In this document: positions 14,001-26,058 of the stretch, piece after piece
How the letters are laid out: each line of letters opens with the position of its first letter
How positions within the stretch are numbered: the stretch's first letter is position 1
NCBI GenBank assembly: GCA_002633005.1
Contig: NMRA01000203.1
Span: 342,015-406,014 of the forward strand
From: Phoronis australis
Lineage: Eukaryota > Animalia > Phoronida
Direction of reading: 5' to 3'
DNA length: 64,000 bases
Translations under genes and position numbers: made by a program
The notes under the pieces: model-generated
Seen by the model: the letters and a program-made list of their open reading frames with translations, nothing else
What the model was told of the DNA's origin: nothing
Databases searched by the model: none

Positions 14001-17000
14001 AATAGCAAGCTAATTATGCTAATGGTAACAATGTTCATGATCAACATTTTGATCTTGCAGCTTAAATCATCATCAAGTATGAGTCATGCTCAACATCACT
14101 TCACAATTAACAATCAATGCTGTAGAGCATGAATCATGCCTGATGGTGATTTAAGCTTCTCAATCAAAACGTTGATCATAAACATTTGTGTTGCTAGCTT
14201 CCTATTATACATCTAACCAAAAACTAACGAATGAAAGAAAAACAGAACTAAGTATTAATTTATCAGAAATGACATAGCAAGCATGTTCCACTATTGCCAA
14301 GCTGTTTGAATAAGCATCTAACATTTTGGCTACTCATATTTTTGTTATTTTCAACTGAAACCTTGAATGTGAATGATGTGCAAACTATTATGAGACACTT
14401 GAGAGAGATTTGCCACAAATTTGGACTACATACTGGGTGACGTGTTTGGGTTTGCTTTTCCCTATATCTGCTGCTGCAATCCACAACATAATTCTTATAA
14501 TTAAACAATTTTCCTTTTTGCCACTGTTCATAGCCTAATATGTTGCATTGATGAACAGTTTAACATTTATTTAGCTCTGACCAGCCACTAGTTGTGTCAT
14601 CTTGGAAAATGTTTAGAACAGAATTCCACTGCTTTGTGCCTGGTGATAATTGATGTGCCCATATATAAAACTTGACAAATAAGAACAAGTTATAAAGTAA
14701 TGCAATCAAACACACTGTTTTTTACATAAGCCAGGATGACATGTTCACTTCATTCCTGAATTTATTCCATCTTTGTCTATTTAAAGCATTTTAGTTAAAT
14801 TTGTTTACAAATGTTCAGTAAAAAAATAAATTGGCCAAAAACACTTTAAAATTGTTTGCAATCAGGACACTACTAGATATGGCTTACCTCCTTTTCTTTT
14901 TGCCAATCATGAAGAACATTTTCATACTTATTTTCAATGAATCCCATCAGCACTGAAGAGAATCTAAGATCACTTTTGTCAATGTAGCCAGCAGCAACTT
15001 CTTTTCCTTCTTCTTCTGTCAGAAATTGTCCAATCATCTGCTCATATAACAACGGGTTCCTCGCCTTCATTTCTAATTCAGAAAAATAAGTGCCTTTTGA
15101 AACCATCTCCTTCATTGCCTGAAATCTTCGATTCTTCACTTCTTTTGCATTGCGCCTGCTATCTAAATGCTGACGTATGTCGTTGACATAGTAGTTTACC
15201 ATGTAGTCACTTGTCCATGGACTGAAATATTCTAAGTCATCTTCACTTAGATATTTTCCGAATCTGCTCAGGAATGTTGCCTTGTTACTATCGAGTATTG
15301 TCTCGGCTATGAAGTATTTTTCAGATTTGGTTAAATCTGGCTCTCCTCGCTGTTGGTGCTTAAAATGAGCATCAGAGCTTGACAGCCTGTCCAACATGGC
15401 AGTTTTGATANTCACTTATTATACGAGTAAGGAATAAGTCGAGACCAATTATATACTGGCAAGTGGTTTAAAGAAAATTTGATTTTCTTCGATGGAATAT
15501 GGGTTTATTGCGACAATTGTCAATAAAACATAAAGGTCTGTAAAGACAGTTGACATTCTCCAAAAACCTGCCACCTGACTATTTTCTGCAAATATCATGC
15601 AAAGATTTTGAGCCCTAAAACGGTATCACAAATAACTGCAGTAATATCCTTCAAAGCAAATCAACTGCCGATTGAAGAAAATGACAACATTGTATCTCAG
15701 AAATAAGTGGTTGGATTTGAAACATGACTACGTTTAGAGTATCATAGCTGGAATTTCAAAGTGTGGCCATGGAATTGGTATCCACTCCTTGAAATTTGCA
15801 GCTAAAGTCCTGGTGCAGATTATAAAAATCTATAATGGTGCCACCACATTTTTTACTCCAAGCAAATCTTCAAATTCTCTCTTCATCAGCTCACCCCCAG
15901 TGTCTTCATCAGACTCTTCTTCTGACTCTTCTTCCTCTGCCTGGTCATCCTACAAATAACACAAACATGTAGAAAAGAATGTACATGTTGCATTAAATTG
16001 TAAATCTTCACTTGCCAGGTTAAACTTCATAATAGCAAGCTAATGATGCTAATGATAACAATGTTCATGATCAACATTTTGATCTTGCAGCTTAAATCAA
16101 CATCAAGTATGAGTCATGCTCAACATCACTTCACAATTAACAATCAATGCTGTAGAGCATGAATCATGCCTAATGGTGATTTAAGCTTCTCAGTCAAAAT
16201 GTTGATCATAAACATTTGCGTTGCTAGCTTCCTATTATACACCTGGCCAAAAACTAATGAATGAAAGAAAAACAGAACTAAGTATTAATTTATCAGAAGT
16301 GACATAGCAAGCATGTTCCACTATTGCCACGCTGTTTGAATAAGCAGTATTATCTAACATTTTGTGTACTCATATTTTTGTTATTTTCAACTGAAACCTT
16401 GAAAGTGAATGATGTGCAAGCTAGTATGAGACACTTGAGAGAGATTTGCCACAAATTTGGACTACATACTGGGTGACGTGTTTGGGTTTGCTTTTCCCTA
16501 TATCTGCTGCTGCAATCCACAACATAATTCTTATAATTAAACAATTTTCCTCTTTGCCACTGTTCATAGCCTAATATGTTGCATTTATGAACAGTTTAAC
16601 ATTAGCTCTGACCAGCAACTAGTTGTGTCATCTTGGAAAATGTTCAGAAAAGAATTCCACTGCTTTGTGCCTGGTGATAATTGATGTGCCCATATATAAA
16701 ACTTGACAAATAAGAACAAGTTATAAAGTAATGCAAACAAACATACGGTTTTTTATATAAGCCAGGATGACATGTTCACTGCATTCCTGAATTTATTCCA
16801 TCTTTGTCTATTTAAAGCATTTTAGTTAAATTTGTTTACAAATATTCAGTAAAAAAATAAATTGGCCAAAAACACTTTAAAATTGTTTGCAATCAGGACA
16901 CTACTAGATATGGCTTACCTCCTTTTCTTTTTGCCAATCATGAAGAACATTTTCATATTTATTTTCAATGAATCCCATCAGCACTGAAGAGAATCTAAGA

Positions 17001-18829
17001 TCACTTTTGTCAATGTAGCCAGCAGCAACTTCTTTTCCTTCTTCTTCTGTCAGAAATTGTCCAATCATCTGCTCATATAACAACGGGTTCCTCGCCTTCA
17101 TTTCTAATTCAGAAAAATAAGTGCCTTTTGAAACCATCTCCTTCATTGCCTGAAATCTTCGATTCTTCACTTCTTTTGCATTGCGCCTGCTATCTAAATG
17201 CTGACGTATGTCGTTGACATAGTAGTTTACCATGTAGTCACTTGTCCATGGACTGAAATATTCTAAGTCATCTTCACTTAGATATTTTCCGAATCTGCTC
17301 AGGAATGTTGCCTTGTTACTATCGAGTATTGTCTCGGCTATGAAGTATTTTTCAGATTTGGTTAAATCTGGCTCTCCTCGCTGTTGGTGCTTAAAATGAG
17401 CATCAGAGCTTGACAGCCTGTCCAACATGGCAGTTTTGATATTTGTGGTCACGTATGTATCGTCTACTTTTGTATTCACATCCAACCCTGCCATAGAATT
17501 TTTATCATTATCAGCATCTGAAACAAGAAATATTATATTTATGTCTGGCTACCAGCTGAGTGAGTTTTGACAACCCATAAAGTTCAGTTAGTCTGCTCAA
17601 TACATTCACTCCAATGCAAACCATTGCACACAACTTAAGATTTGCAAGATGACCACACTGGGCAGGAATTAAAAACATGATTTTATTGAAACAAATTAAT
17701 CAAAATTGGAATCAAAGAGGGATAACATATTGGAATGCAGAAGAAAACACCTGTGCTGATAGGTGTTCTAATATTATGATTTACAAATGCGTGAGTGAAT
17801 TTATCCACCCAACAAAAGCAGGTGACTCATGTGACAGGTACAGGTGTGCAGATTTCATCCAATATCAAGTCCAAAAAGGCTCCATGGATAGGATATCATT
17901 CAAAGAACCTAATATTGAGTGTACCTGACCCAGTAACCTAATATTGAGTGTACCTGACCCAGTAACAGTGTTAAGTATACTAGGTGGCATAGCTGTATTT
18001 ATCAGGGCCAGACTCAAATTTTTTTTAATTCACTAAATTCAGAGATGAACTTACCTCGCCCAAGAAATAAGCAACTTTTTAATGTTGGCTGAGCATTTAG
18101 GATATTATTCAGAACACTAGGCTACAAATGATATGTGCTTGATTTTCCAATTCTGTTCTTGATGAAAAAAGACAATTTACTGACAATATTGGTCAATTTC
18201 TCAGTATGACCTTTCTGAAACTCACAGAGGTTGGAAGCAGAAAGTTGCACTATTGCTGGAATCTGAGACACTCTCAAACATCTAAGATTACCAAAGTTCA
18301 AACTTCATGACACCTTTTGTTTTAGAATTATTTTATAATTTGTAAAAGGTTTTGCAGTCACAGTGTACTTAGTTATAGCAACGTGACTTTGATGGCTTAC
18401 CAGTGCGACAGTGCGAGGCTCAATTCGCCTAAAAGCTTTTGACGAATGAAAGGCCTACTGCTAGTTGAGACGGGGCAGTGTCTAATCTAGTCAATATTCA
18501 GCTCTTACCCTAATATCCCTAGGCAACAAAAACAAAACTGATGAATGCCAAAATCGCCCCATGAGTCTGACCCGGGGATCCGATAAAGATAGGTAAACAA
18601 GCCTGAAGTGAGTGAAGACCTGCTAAGTTAACCCAAGGATTAGGCCAGGAACACAGCACTGTCAAAGAGAGGGAAGGTTGGCACTACTGATTGCAATCTT
18701 CCCACCATTTGCAGGCAAATCTCGTCGTAATGTAGCCTATCAGTTAGGACGATATCACGATGTAACCCCACCCGCAGATCAAGAATAAGTCCCCGAACAA
18801 CCTTGTTGAACATCCATGGAGGCTGCCAT
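8065..18829 (-). CDS. CCDC97: Coiled-coil domain-containing protein 97 (DUF2052), exons 18829-18802, 17517-16919, 15949-15895, 12870-12759, 8200-8065, ~309 aa
   Basis: All introns GT-AG and phase-consistent. Family motifs FKHQQRGEPDL, FLSRFGKYL, VKNRRF, YFSELEMKARNPLLYEQMIGQ, EFAHIMQERFLEGQDKEFDY, YDPLDILEHDEEDKYF. Exon 1 (MAASMDVQQ, weak GTTGTT donor) is the least certain. Confidence 0.92.
9190..11735 (-). mobile_element. Helentron-associated non-autonomous element (HINE/DINE-1-like); partial copy 9190-10225 and full copy ~10610-11735
   Basis: Minus strand 5' hairpin tgcgtccacatatttatacatggacgca, degenerate (GTCY)n tract, internal subrepeats and a 3' end homologous to the 41641-42230 copy. 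Confidence 0.7.
10227..10298 (-). other. CCDC97: Duplicate partial copy of CCDC97 last exon (assembly/haplotype duplication)
   Basis: 10227-11638 repeats 8129-10225 immediately after the single N at 10226. Confidence 0.8.
11857..12724. mobile_element. MITE with ~35-bp TIRs and TA target duplication (Tc1/mariner-like)
   Basis: ta|cagcacacatcacaaatttttgtccg...cggacaaaaattcatgatgtgtgctg|ta. Confidence 0.8.
13047..13310. repeat. 25-26-bp minisatellite, ~10 copies
   Basis: Unit aagttgacttgtcacatgcatagcN. Confidence 0.95.
13383..15410 (-). other. CCDC97: Second copy of CCDC97 exon 2 (14888-15410, 5'-truncated) and exon 3 (13865-13919); likely false duplication
   Basis: 13383-15410 is nearly identical to 15412-17440, joined by the single N at 15411; same encoded peptide. 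Confidence 0.85.
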
Positions 18830-19023
18830 TTTCAATCATATGGCATTGAAGGCCAATCACCAGTGCGAAAACATCACGAAAGAATTCATTGGCAAATAGG
18901 AATTCTCCTTTTATCATCATTCGTTACGACCCGATCGAGGTCGCTGCAATAAGTCTTTCAGGTTGTTTAGTGAGTGCTCGAGCCTGCGAAGCGTTGGATT
19001 TCAGCGACGATATTGACAGTGTT
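18830..19023. promoter_or_regulatory. Bidirectional promoter shared by CCDC97 and COX20
   Basis: Divergent ATGs 194 bp apart; CCAAT boxes on both strands (ggccaatc 18851, attggc 18888); YY1-like AAAATGGC overlapping the CCDC97 start. Confidence 0.65.
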
Positions 19024-22000
19024 ATGGACGAAGACGTGAGAAACTACAAACCTCCTAAGAGGGTAAAATCGTTAAGATCGTTAAGAAGCATGTAAACAAA
19101 TTTCTTGAACCGGTGTTACACGCGTGAGAGTCGTTCAGTCAAAAGGCAGTTGCTACTAAGCAAGCCAAGCCAGAACATAGTCATGGATATAGAGCCTTGG
19201 CTTTACTATTCACACCCAGAAGTTACTCCTTTCTACGGGACAAGCGTGCCACCTGCCTCCCAGGTCGGCCACATCTTTGACCTGGATTTCCTCTGAAATT
19301 GTTGGCAATCATTGTTGGATCGTGACTCCGGACTGAAGTGTCAGTTGTGAATTGTACAAATGACACACGCTTAGTACTGCATTCCCACAATAACACCATG
19401 TGGCGTGTAATTTAAAGCTGAAATCGTAAATGTGTTATCTGGTTATCAAAAAGGGTAATCTTCGTCATCGTTTAATGTATATCTGTAGATTGCAGTGCCC
19501 GATTAAGAGTTCTCGGAGGCCCTTAAAGTGACATTAAACTCCTCCTTCACAAAAACAAATTTTTGATTGAGACCTTGTACCAAATGGAATCATTTATGTC
19601 GGATGTGCTATCTGGGCAAACTGACACTGTGACAGCTTGCGGGGCCATTATTTCCTGATAGGCTCTACAAGTTGGGTCTTCGTGGCTTGTCATTTTATAC
19701 ACCATCTTAAAAGGATCTAACAGCATGACCCCTGTTGTTATTAGTCTGTCTGGTTTTTCTTCTCCTCTCCAGTGTTTCTGTCTATTTGGTAAAAGAATTG
19801 GTGACTGTAATGATTCTGTGGACATATAAAATCTGCACGAGTTGCCTCTAGTTTTGACAGTTATGGAAAGAAATGTTAAAAATACTTGGCTACCATGAGT
19901 TAGGATTCCCAAGTCACAACTGATGCGACCATTTCAACTCTCGAATATACAATGGTGTAAAGATCCCCTTTAATAGAGATCAGCATCGATTTGGAGAAAT
20001 CTTTTGAATTTGTCCAATGTCACGAGGTCAGCCTGACCAGTTCTATCTACATCAGTCTCACTAGGGTGCTTTTCATCAGTAGAGTGACTCTTCACTTGGT
20101 CACACATAGTGAGGTTAATTATTGGTTTTTATCAGATCATATCTAAATACAAAGGTTGAAAGAACCCAGGCTCTATTTTTCCACTTTCTTGTTGCGACAT
20201 GAGAACTGGTGGAAACCACAAAGTATGTATAGAATAATAGTAAAAACTTTGTTGGTTCTTGGACTAATAAGGATGTCTTTTCAGTTGAGATGTTGTTGAG
20301 TTGCAGAAACATTCCTTGTGTTGAACAGTAGTTTAATTAGATGAATGAAGTGCTTGATGCTTCATGGACAACAATGTTATTGTTACTTGCAGACATATTC
20401 ACAAATAATAAGTGAAACTCCATGCCTGAAGAAGTCTTTGTTTAATGGTGTAGCTGGTGGAATAACGACAGGACTACTTTCATTTTTATTTACAAGTAAG
20501 TATATGTATTGCAAACATTTCTAAGTCTGGTTAGATGCCACCTGTGGCCATATCATGTGACCTAATTATAAATACAAGTCCAAACCAGGACTCTAAGTAA
20601 GTATATGCACAACACAGAGTGTGCCATAGCCACTTCACTTTTATGCTCCATAAACATTTTACTAGCACCATGGTGAAATAGGGGGAGAGGGAGGAGTAGT
20701 TTACCATGAACTTGCTGGGTAAATTGGTGAAACGTAGCATAAGATTTCTTGCATAATGGTCCTCACAGTGACTTTAAAGAAGGATCTAATGATAAAATTT
20801 TCTAAATTTCTGTATGTGTTCTACTCATTTGTAGTTGGGTCATTACAGATTTTAGTCATATTGTAATATTTAAAGTAAAACTACTCTATACACTCACTCT
20901 GTGCAAATGTCTGAGAAAACCTATTTGGGTGTAATAAGAACCACCATTATGGAGAAAGTGTTTAAAAGTGCTAGCAATTATCTTTCCACTTCATTAGCTT
21001 AGATCTACATGAATACAAAGGGCATGCTTAATAGACTTGATAAAAGTTGTCTGGGGCAAAAGGAATCTTTGCAGTGACCAGTGTAATAGAGGTATTCTCC
21101 ACATGCACCTCCCTATTATGTGTGGTCATGAACATTAGGCCTCTTGTAGTGTGTTGTTTCTTTATAACATGACTACATACACTATTATGTGTGGTCATGA
21201 ACATTAGGCCTCTAGTAGTGTGTTGTTTCTTTATAACATGACTACATACACTATTATGTGTGGTCATGAACATTAGGCCTCTAGTAGTGTGTTGTTTCTT
21301 TATAACATGACTACATACACTATTATGTGTGGTCATGAACATTAGGCCTCTTGTAGTGTGTTGTTTCTTTATAACATGACTACATACACTATTATGTGTG
21401 GTCATGAACATTAGGCCTCAAGTAGTGTGTTGTTTCTTTATAACATGACTACATACACTATTATGTGTGGTCATGAACATTAGGCCTCTAGTAGTGTGTT
21501 GTTTCTTTATAACATGACTTCATACACTCACATTTTCAGGCACATGCAGTCAAAAGAAATAGTTCCTAACTACTTCTTAGAATGAACAGATGCCACTGTT
21601 ATGACCATTGCTTTACCGTACTAATTTTTATGTTTCCAAATTTTTATACATATTGCCATCATCTCTGTCTGGGTGTCTGCACATCCGGCGTCCGCAGCTG
21701 AATCCTAAATCCCTCGCAAGATCATAATGAAGTTTGGCAGGTATGTTCCTGTGGATCTGATGACAGAGGACGATGACTTTCTGACCAATCCGACTACCCC
21801 TATGCCCCCTAGTGGCAATTTCAGTTTTTTATGATTGCTAAGTGTGTAATTCTTAGATGGATTTTCATGAAATTTGGCAAATAAGTTTCTGTTATGAAGG
21901 CGACAACACCTTTACATTTTCGAAAGTCTTTGACGATTCTGCGCCACCTAGTGGCCTTTTCTTGAATTTTCAAGTTCTTTTTTTGGCGTTTGCCTTTCTA

Positions 22001-25000
22001 TCTGCCAAACTGCTTGCGGGATCATTATGGAAATTGGCAGGTGTATTTCTGATGTGGAGAGGAGTGTGCAGTTGACATTGATTTTTGTGCGTGTTTGACT
22101 ACTCTGGTGGCCCCTAGTGAAGATTTTGTTTCATTTAAGTCCACGCCTGTATCTCCTTAACCCTTTGCACCAACATGTGTTTTGGTATTAGCGACTCACT
22201 ATGGAGACAAGATCTCAATTAAGGGAGTTGATGTCCCTCAGACAAGAAATGGGTCTGCAGGGAGACAACCTTAAACAGTTTGTGGAGAAACAACAAGCTG
22301 AAGCCCATGCTGAGGCTGAGGAGAGAAGGCAAGCTCATGAGGCTCTGAGAGGAGGCTAGCACGAGATGTTGAGGAGAGGTGAGGAGGCAATTGAGCAGGA
22401 GATTGAGAGAGAAAGAGTGGAACACGAGATGGCGCTAGCAGCACTGAAAGCTAAACAGGTTACAACTGAGGGTAACCCTGTTAGGACAACTGGTGGTGTA
22501 AAACTGAAGCTACCCAAAAAGCAGGATGTTATGGGACAACTTCCTAGAAAGGTTTGAAAGATACACCGAGAGTGAGGGCCGGACTCAGAGTGCCGGAATG
22601 GTCAATTTGTCTTAGTCCCCTGTTAACAGGCAAGGGTTTGTTTAGCCTGCCAATGGCTGATGCACTGTACTATGCTACGCTCAAAAGAGCCTTGCTGAAG
22701 CAGAATAAACTGACTGAGGAGGGCTTTTGCAGACAGTTCCAGGAAGCGAGGGCTGAGAGGGGCAAGACAGTTTACCAGTTTGTGGCCCGCTTGCAGTGCT
22801 ACTTATACAGGTGGATTGACATGTCCGACTGTGGTGAAGACTTTGCCGAGTTGAGAGACCTGTTAGTGCGTGAGCAGTACGTGAACACCTGGTATTAAGG
22901 ACTTGGCCATGTTCCTGCGAGAGTAGACATCCAAGTCTGTTCCAGAGATGGTTGGCTTGGCAGAGAGATATATATTAAAGTCCTGCATTTTTCCGTCTAC
23001 AACTGTGTTTCCTTAGCCTTCTTTGAGTCTTTTTGAAATTTGGCGGATGTGTTCCTTCGGAGCTGTCAACATTCGACTACCACTGTGGCAGTTTTAGTTG
23101 TGTACATAATTTTGCCTCTATTTTTGGAGTTCATTTATGGATTTTCGCAAAATTTGGCTAATAGGTTTCTGTTAAGTGATGGTAGTCTTCCATCTTTGTA
23201 TGGACTTGATGTATTTTTGCATCACCTAGTGGCTAATTTTATTTTTTCAAGTGTGTTTTTGTTCCTGATTTGACAACGGTTTTTGTCTTTTTTGTTTCTT
23301 CGACTATGCTTTATTATTCTTATGTAGGATGTATGTTAAATTTTGGAAGAATTAGTTTTAAATGAAACTACGTCTACTTATGTCAGACTTTTGGATGATT
23401 CTGACTACATTTGTACCTCTTATTGGCAATTATAGTTTGTACGTTTGGATCTGTATCTTCAGACCTTTTCGCCAGTTTTTAGTGAATTGTGGTAAATCAG
23501 TTTCTGTATTCTATCTGTTTTAGGATGGATTCCAGGCATTCCGCATGACCTAGTTTCAATTTTATGATTCTGATAAACACCTCTATAATCACACTGTTTG
23601 TGTTGCTGTCGTGGCTGCATTTCAATTTTATGATTCTGATAAACACCTATATAATCACACTGTTTGTGCTGCTGTCGTGGCTGCATTTCAATTTTATGAT
23701 TCTGATAAACACCTCTATAATCACACTGTTTGTGTTGCATTTCAATGCTCTGTGTTGCCCTTGTATTATTTCATGTTAGTTTAGTGTCCATGCTATGCTA
23801 TAACTGTTCTTACTGTCCTTGCTATTGTAGGGGGGCTTTGAATTAAGTAACTTATAAGTCAGTGGGTTTGCATGAAACCAAAGATACACGAATTTGAGGG
23901 TTTAAAAAGATTTTAAAATTAGGGATCAGCATTTAGTTGTGTGTAAGTGTTATTAAAAACAGATGATGATGTCACTGTTACAATTGTGATCAGTGTGGTG
24001 TGCATTCATTTTATAGTTTTCTCACTTCAGGTAATGTAAGGCAAGCCACACATCTTGGAATGGGAGGCTTCTTTATTACAGCATGCGGAATGTGGTGAGT
24101 TAAAGATAGATGAAGGTTTCAGTTGTTTCACAATAGATCATCTTTCGTGAAATAGCAATATCTGAAAACATTTAAATATAGCATGTTTTCTGAATATATT
24201 TAGTGGAAATTTCAATTTTTCATAAAGGATTAACGAACTCATTTAATAAATGCTTTATTGATAAAAGCTTATATATACGTAGTAATTATCATAAAAATGT
24301 TTTGAGATATAATGAGTAAGGTTGGTAATCTATGATATTAACAATTAAAACTGGTCTGCTGGGTTATCTTCTTGATTTCTTAGATCTTCAGAAACTCCTC
24401 GTCTACTTCAATGGGATGTTGACTGGTGATGAGCTGTGCAAACTGCCTCGTCTATACTCTCATTCCAGGACGAGGACAATTTGAATCTGGCGCCACCTAG
24501 TTTGTACAGAGAAGGCTGTGATGTAACAAGAGTATAGAGGCAGTTTCACCATCCCACATGACCAAAGTTACCGCAAGTCATCACAGTCAACATCCCATCA
24601 AAGGAGACTAGAGGTATCAGACGATCTATGAAATCAAAAAGGCAATCCAGGAGACCAACTGTGGATATCATTAACATTCCTGGCTGGCTCAAGGTCTACA
24701 TTTTATTGTTACTAGCCTTTAAAACATGAAAACAAAATTTTGCTGATCATTTTTGTTTGCACTTGATATTTGATTGTAACAGCTCTTTTCTTTCAGTATG
24801 GTGCAATGGTGTGTCTCGCATATCTTTTAAGGTTTCAAATGTTTATTGATATTGGTATTCCAAAGTACATTACAAGAAAATGTGAAATAATATACGTAAA
24901 TAAAACAACAAAAATGGATCACTAAAATTTTCTGATATCATAACATCCATCGTCAACAAAAACAGAAATAAAGTAAATTCAAACACTATATGACAATTGA

Positions 25001-26058
25001 CATCTGATATGTGACCTAATGAGCATGATACAGTGTTGCAGAAAAAGTAAAGAGAATATATGTTAATTTAAAGAAGTCTTTATGTTTTGTCCATTAGGTT
25101 CAAGTGTGTTAAGCGTATCTATTCAGAATCAAAAGAGAACAATTTTGCGAACCATGAAACCTTTAGGGACTTCATAAAAGTTGAATTTAAGTATTTCTTG
25201 CAATTTCATCACCTTTTCCGCCTCAAATAAGATCGTAGAACATTTTTCAAGTCTTTTGATTATTTCTTGAGGTGGTGAAGGCAAAGTTATAAACAAATGA
25301 ACTAGTTTAGAAAGCATCAATGATTTAATACCTTATAGATTGTACCAAGTGGTGTTAAGATACTTTCAGACCATGAAACATGCGTACTACGAATTTTGTT
25401 AAACTTTTCGTCATAGTTTAATTCAACCATTTCGTGTAATAGTACACTAAATTTTATCCCGTGTAGTAAAATGTTTTTCCCCAAGTCAAACTCTATTTAG
25501 GACACAACCACAGATCGTTAAGTTTCATAGTCCCTATCCATACACACTACATATATTCTGATTGTGTCAGGCTCAGGAATGTTCAGTCTCGTGATCTAAG
25601 GACATCTCATACATCTCATTAGTCAGTAGTTTTGAATGTAGTTTTGTCAAATATATGGTCTCATAAAAACTTGACAAGCGTTTCTAACAAAGAATATTTA
25701 ATTTAATATTTATTTTGGAAATTTGTAAATTATTTATCTATACTCTGGTGTCTAACCAGACCCTAGGCTTAATTGTTGCCAACCTAATGGTGAATCTGCC
25801 TCTGGTGATGACATGGATTCAAGTTGAACACTCCAGTGTTGGCATTAAATTCAATTTAGTTATACCGTTTGCAAAGCGCCAAAGTGGGCAAATATCAAAT
25901 GTAAAAAATGTACTTTTTATTTTAGGACCTTTTGCCGTTACCATTTCTCAAAACAAAGATGGGATAAAAAGTTAACGCAGGCTGCAATACAAGAGAAAAT
26001 TCTGACTGAAGGAACTGCGTTAGAAAAAGCCATTCAGCATGACAGCAAAGATGTGTGA
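19024..26058 (+). CDS. COX20: Cytochrome c oxidase assembly protein COX20 (FAM36A), exons 19024-19062, 20393-20495, 24031-24094, 25926-26058, 112 aa
   Basis: Spliced product MDEDVRNYKPPKR|TYSQIISETPCLKKSLFNGVAGGITTGLLSFLFTS|NVRQATHLGMGGFFITACGMW|TFCRYHFSKQRWDKKLTQAAIQEKILTEGTALEKAIQHDSKDV; TPC, two TM segments, WxxCRY and ILxEGT match COX20; GT-AG introns, phases 0/1/2. Confidence 0.93.
21113..21528. repeat. 69-bp minisatellite, 6 copies, in COX20 intron 2
   Basis: Unit ctattatgtgtggtcatgaacattaggcctctagtagtgtgttgtttctttataacatgactacataca. Confidence 0.95.
22201..22970 (+). pseudogene. Disrupted Gypsy (Gmr1-like) gag fragment with SCAN-like domain
   Basis: METRSQLRELMSL..GLQGDNLKQFVEKQQ, coiled coil, WSICLSPLLTGKG, LKRALLK..LTEEGF.RQF, QFVARLQCYLYRW, LRDLLVREQY; stops and frameshifts. 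Confidence 0.8.
23555..23745. repeat. 66-bp tandem repeat, ~3 copies
   Basis: Unit ttcaattttatgattctgataaacacctctataatcacactgtttgtgttgctgtcgtggctgcat. Confidence 0.9.
24345..24665. mobile_element. Short inverted pair of Penelope-like pLTR fragments (same family as 39600-40760)
   Basis: gggatgttgactggtgatga...aaactgcctcgtctatactct is inverted as agagtatagaggcagtttc...tcatcacagtcaacatccc; homologous to 39630-39790 and 40600-40750. Confidence 0.7.

Larger units (their letters stand above)
21623..23765 (+). mobile_element. Diverged HINE-family copy containing a Gypsy gag fragment and a 66-bp tandem repeat
   Basis: 5' ctgtctgggtgtctg..ccggcgtccgc, internal gccacctagtggc subrepeats and 3' gcatttcaatgctctgtgttgcccttgt resemble the 41641-42230 copy. 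Confidence 0.6.

Noticed and set aside
13383-17440. Tandem gene duplication or mutually exclusive exons in CCDC97
   Set aside because: Copies abut a single N and one is cut mid-exon without an acceptor; same pattern at other contig joints.
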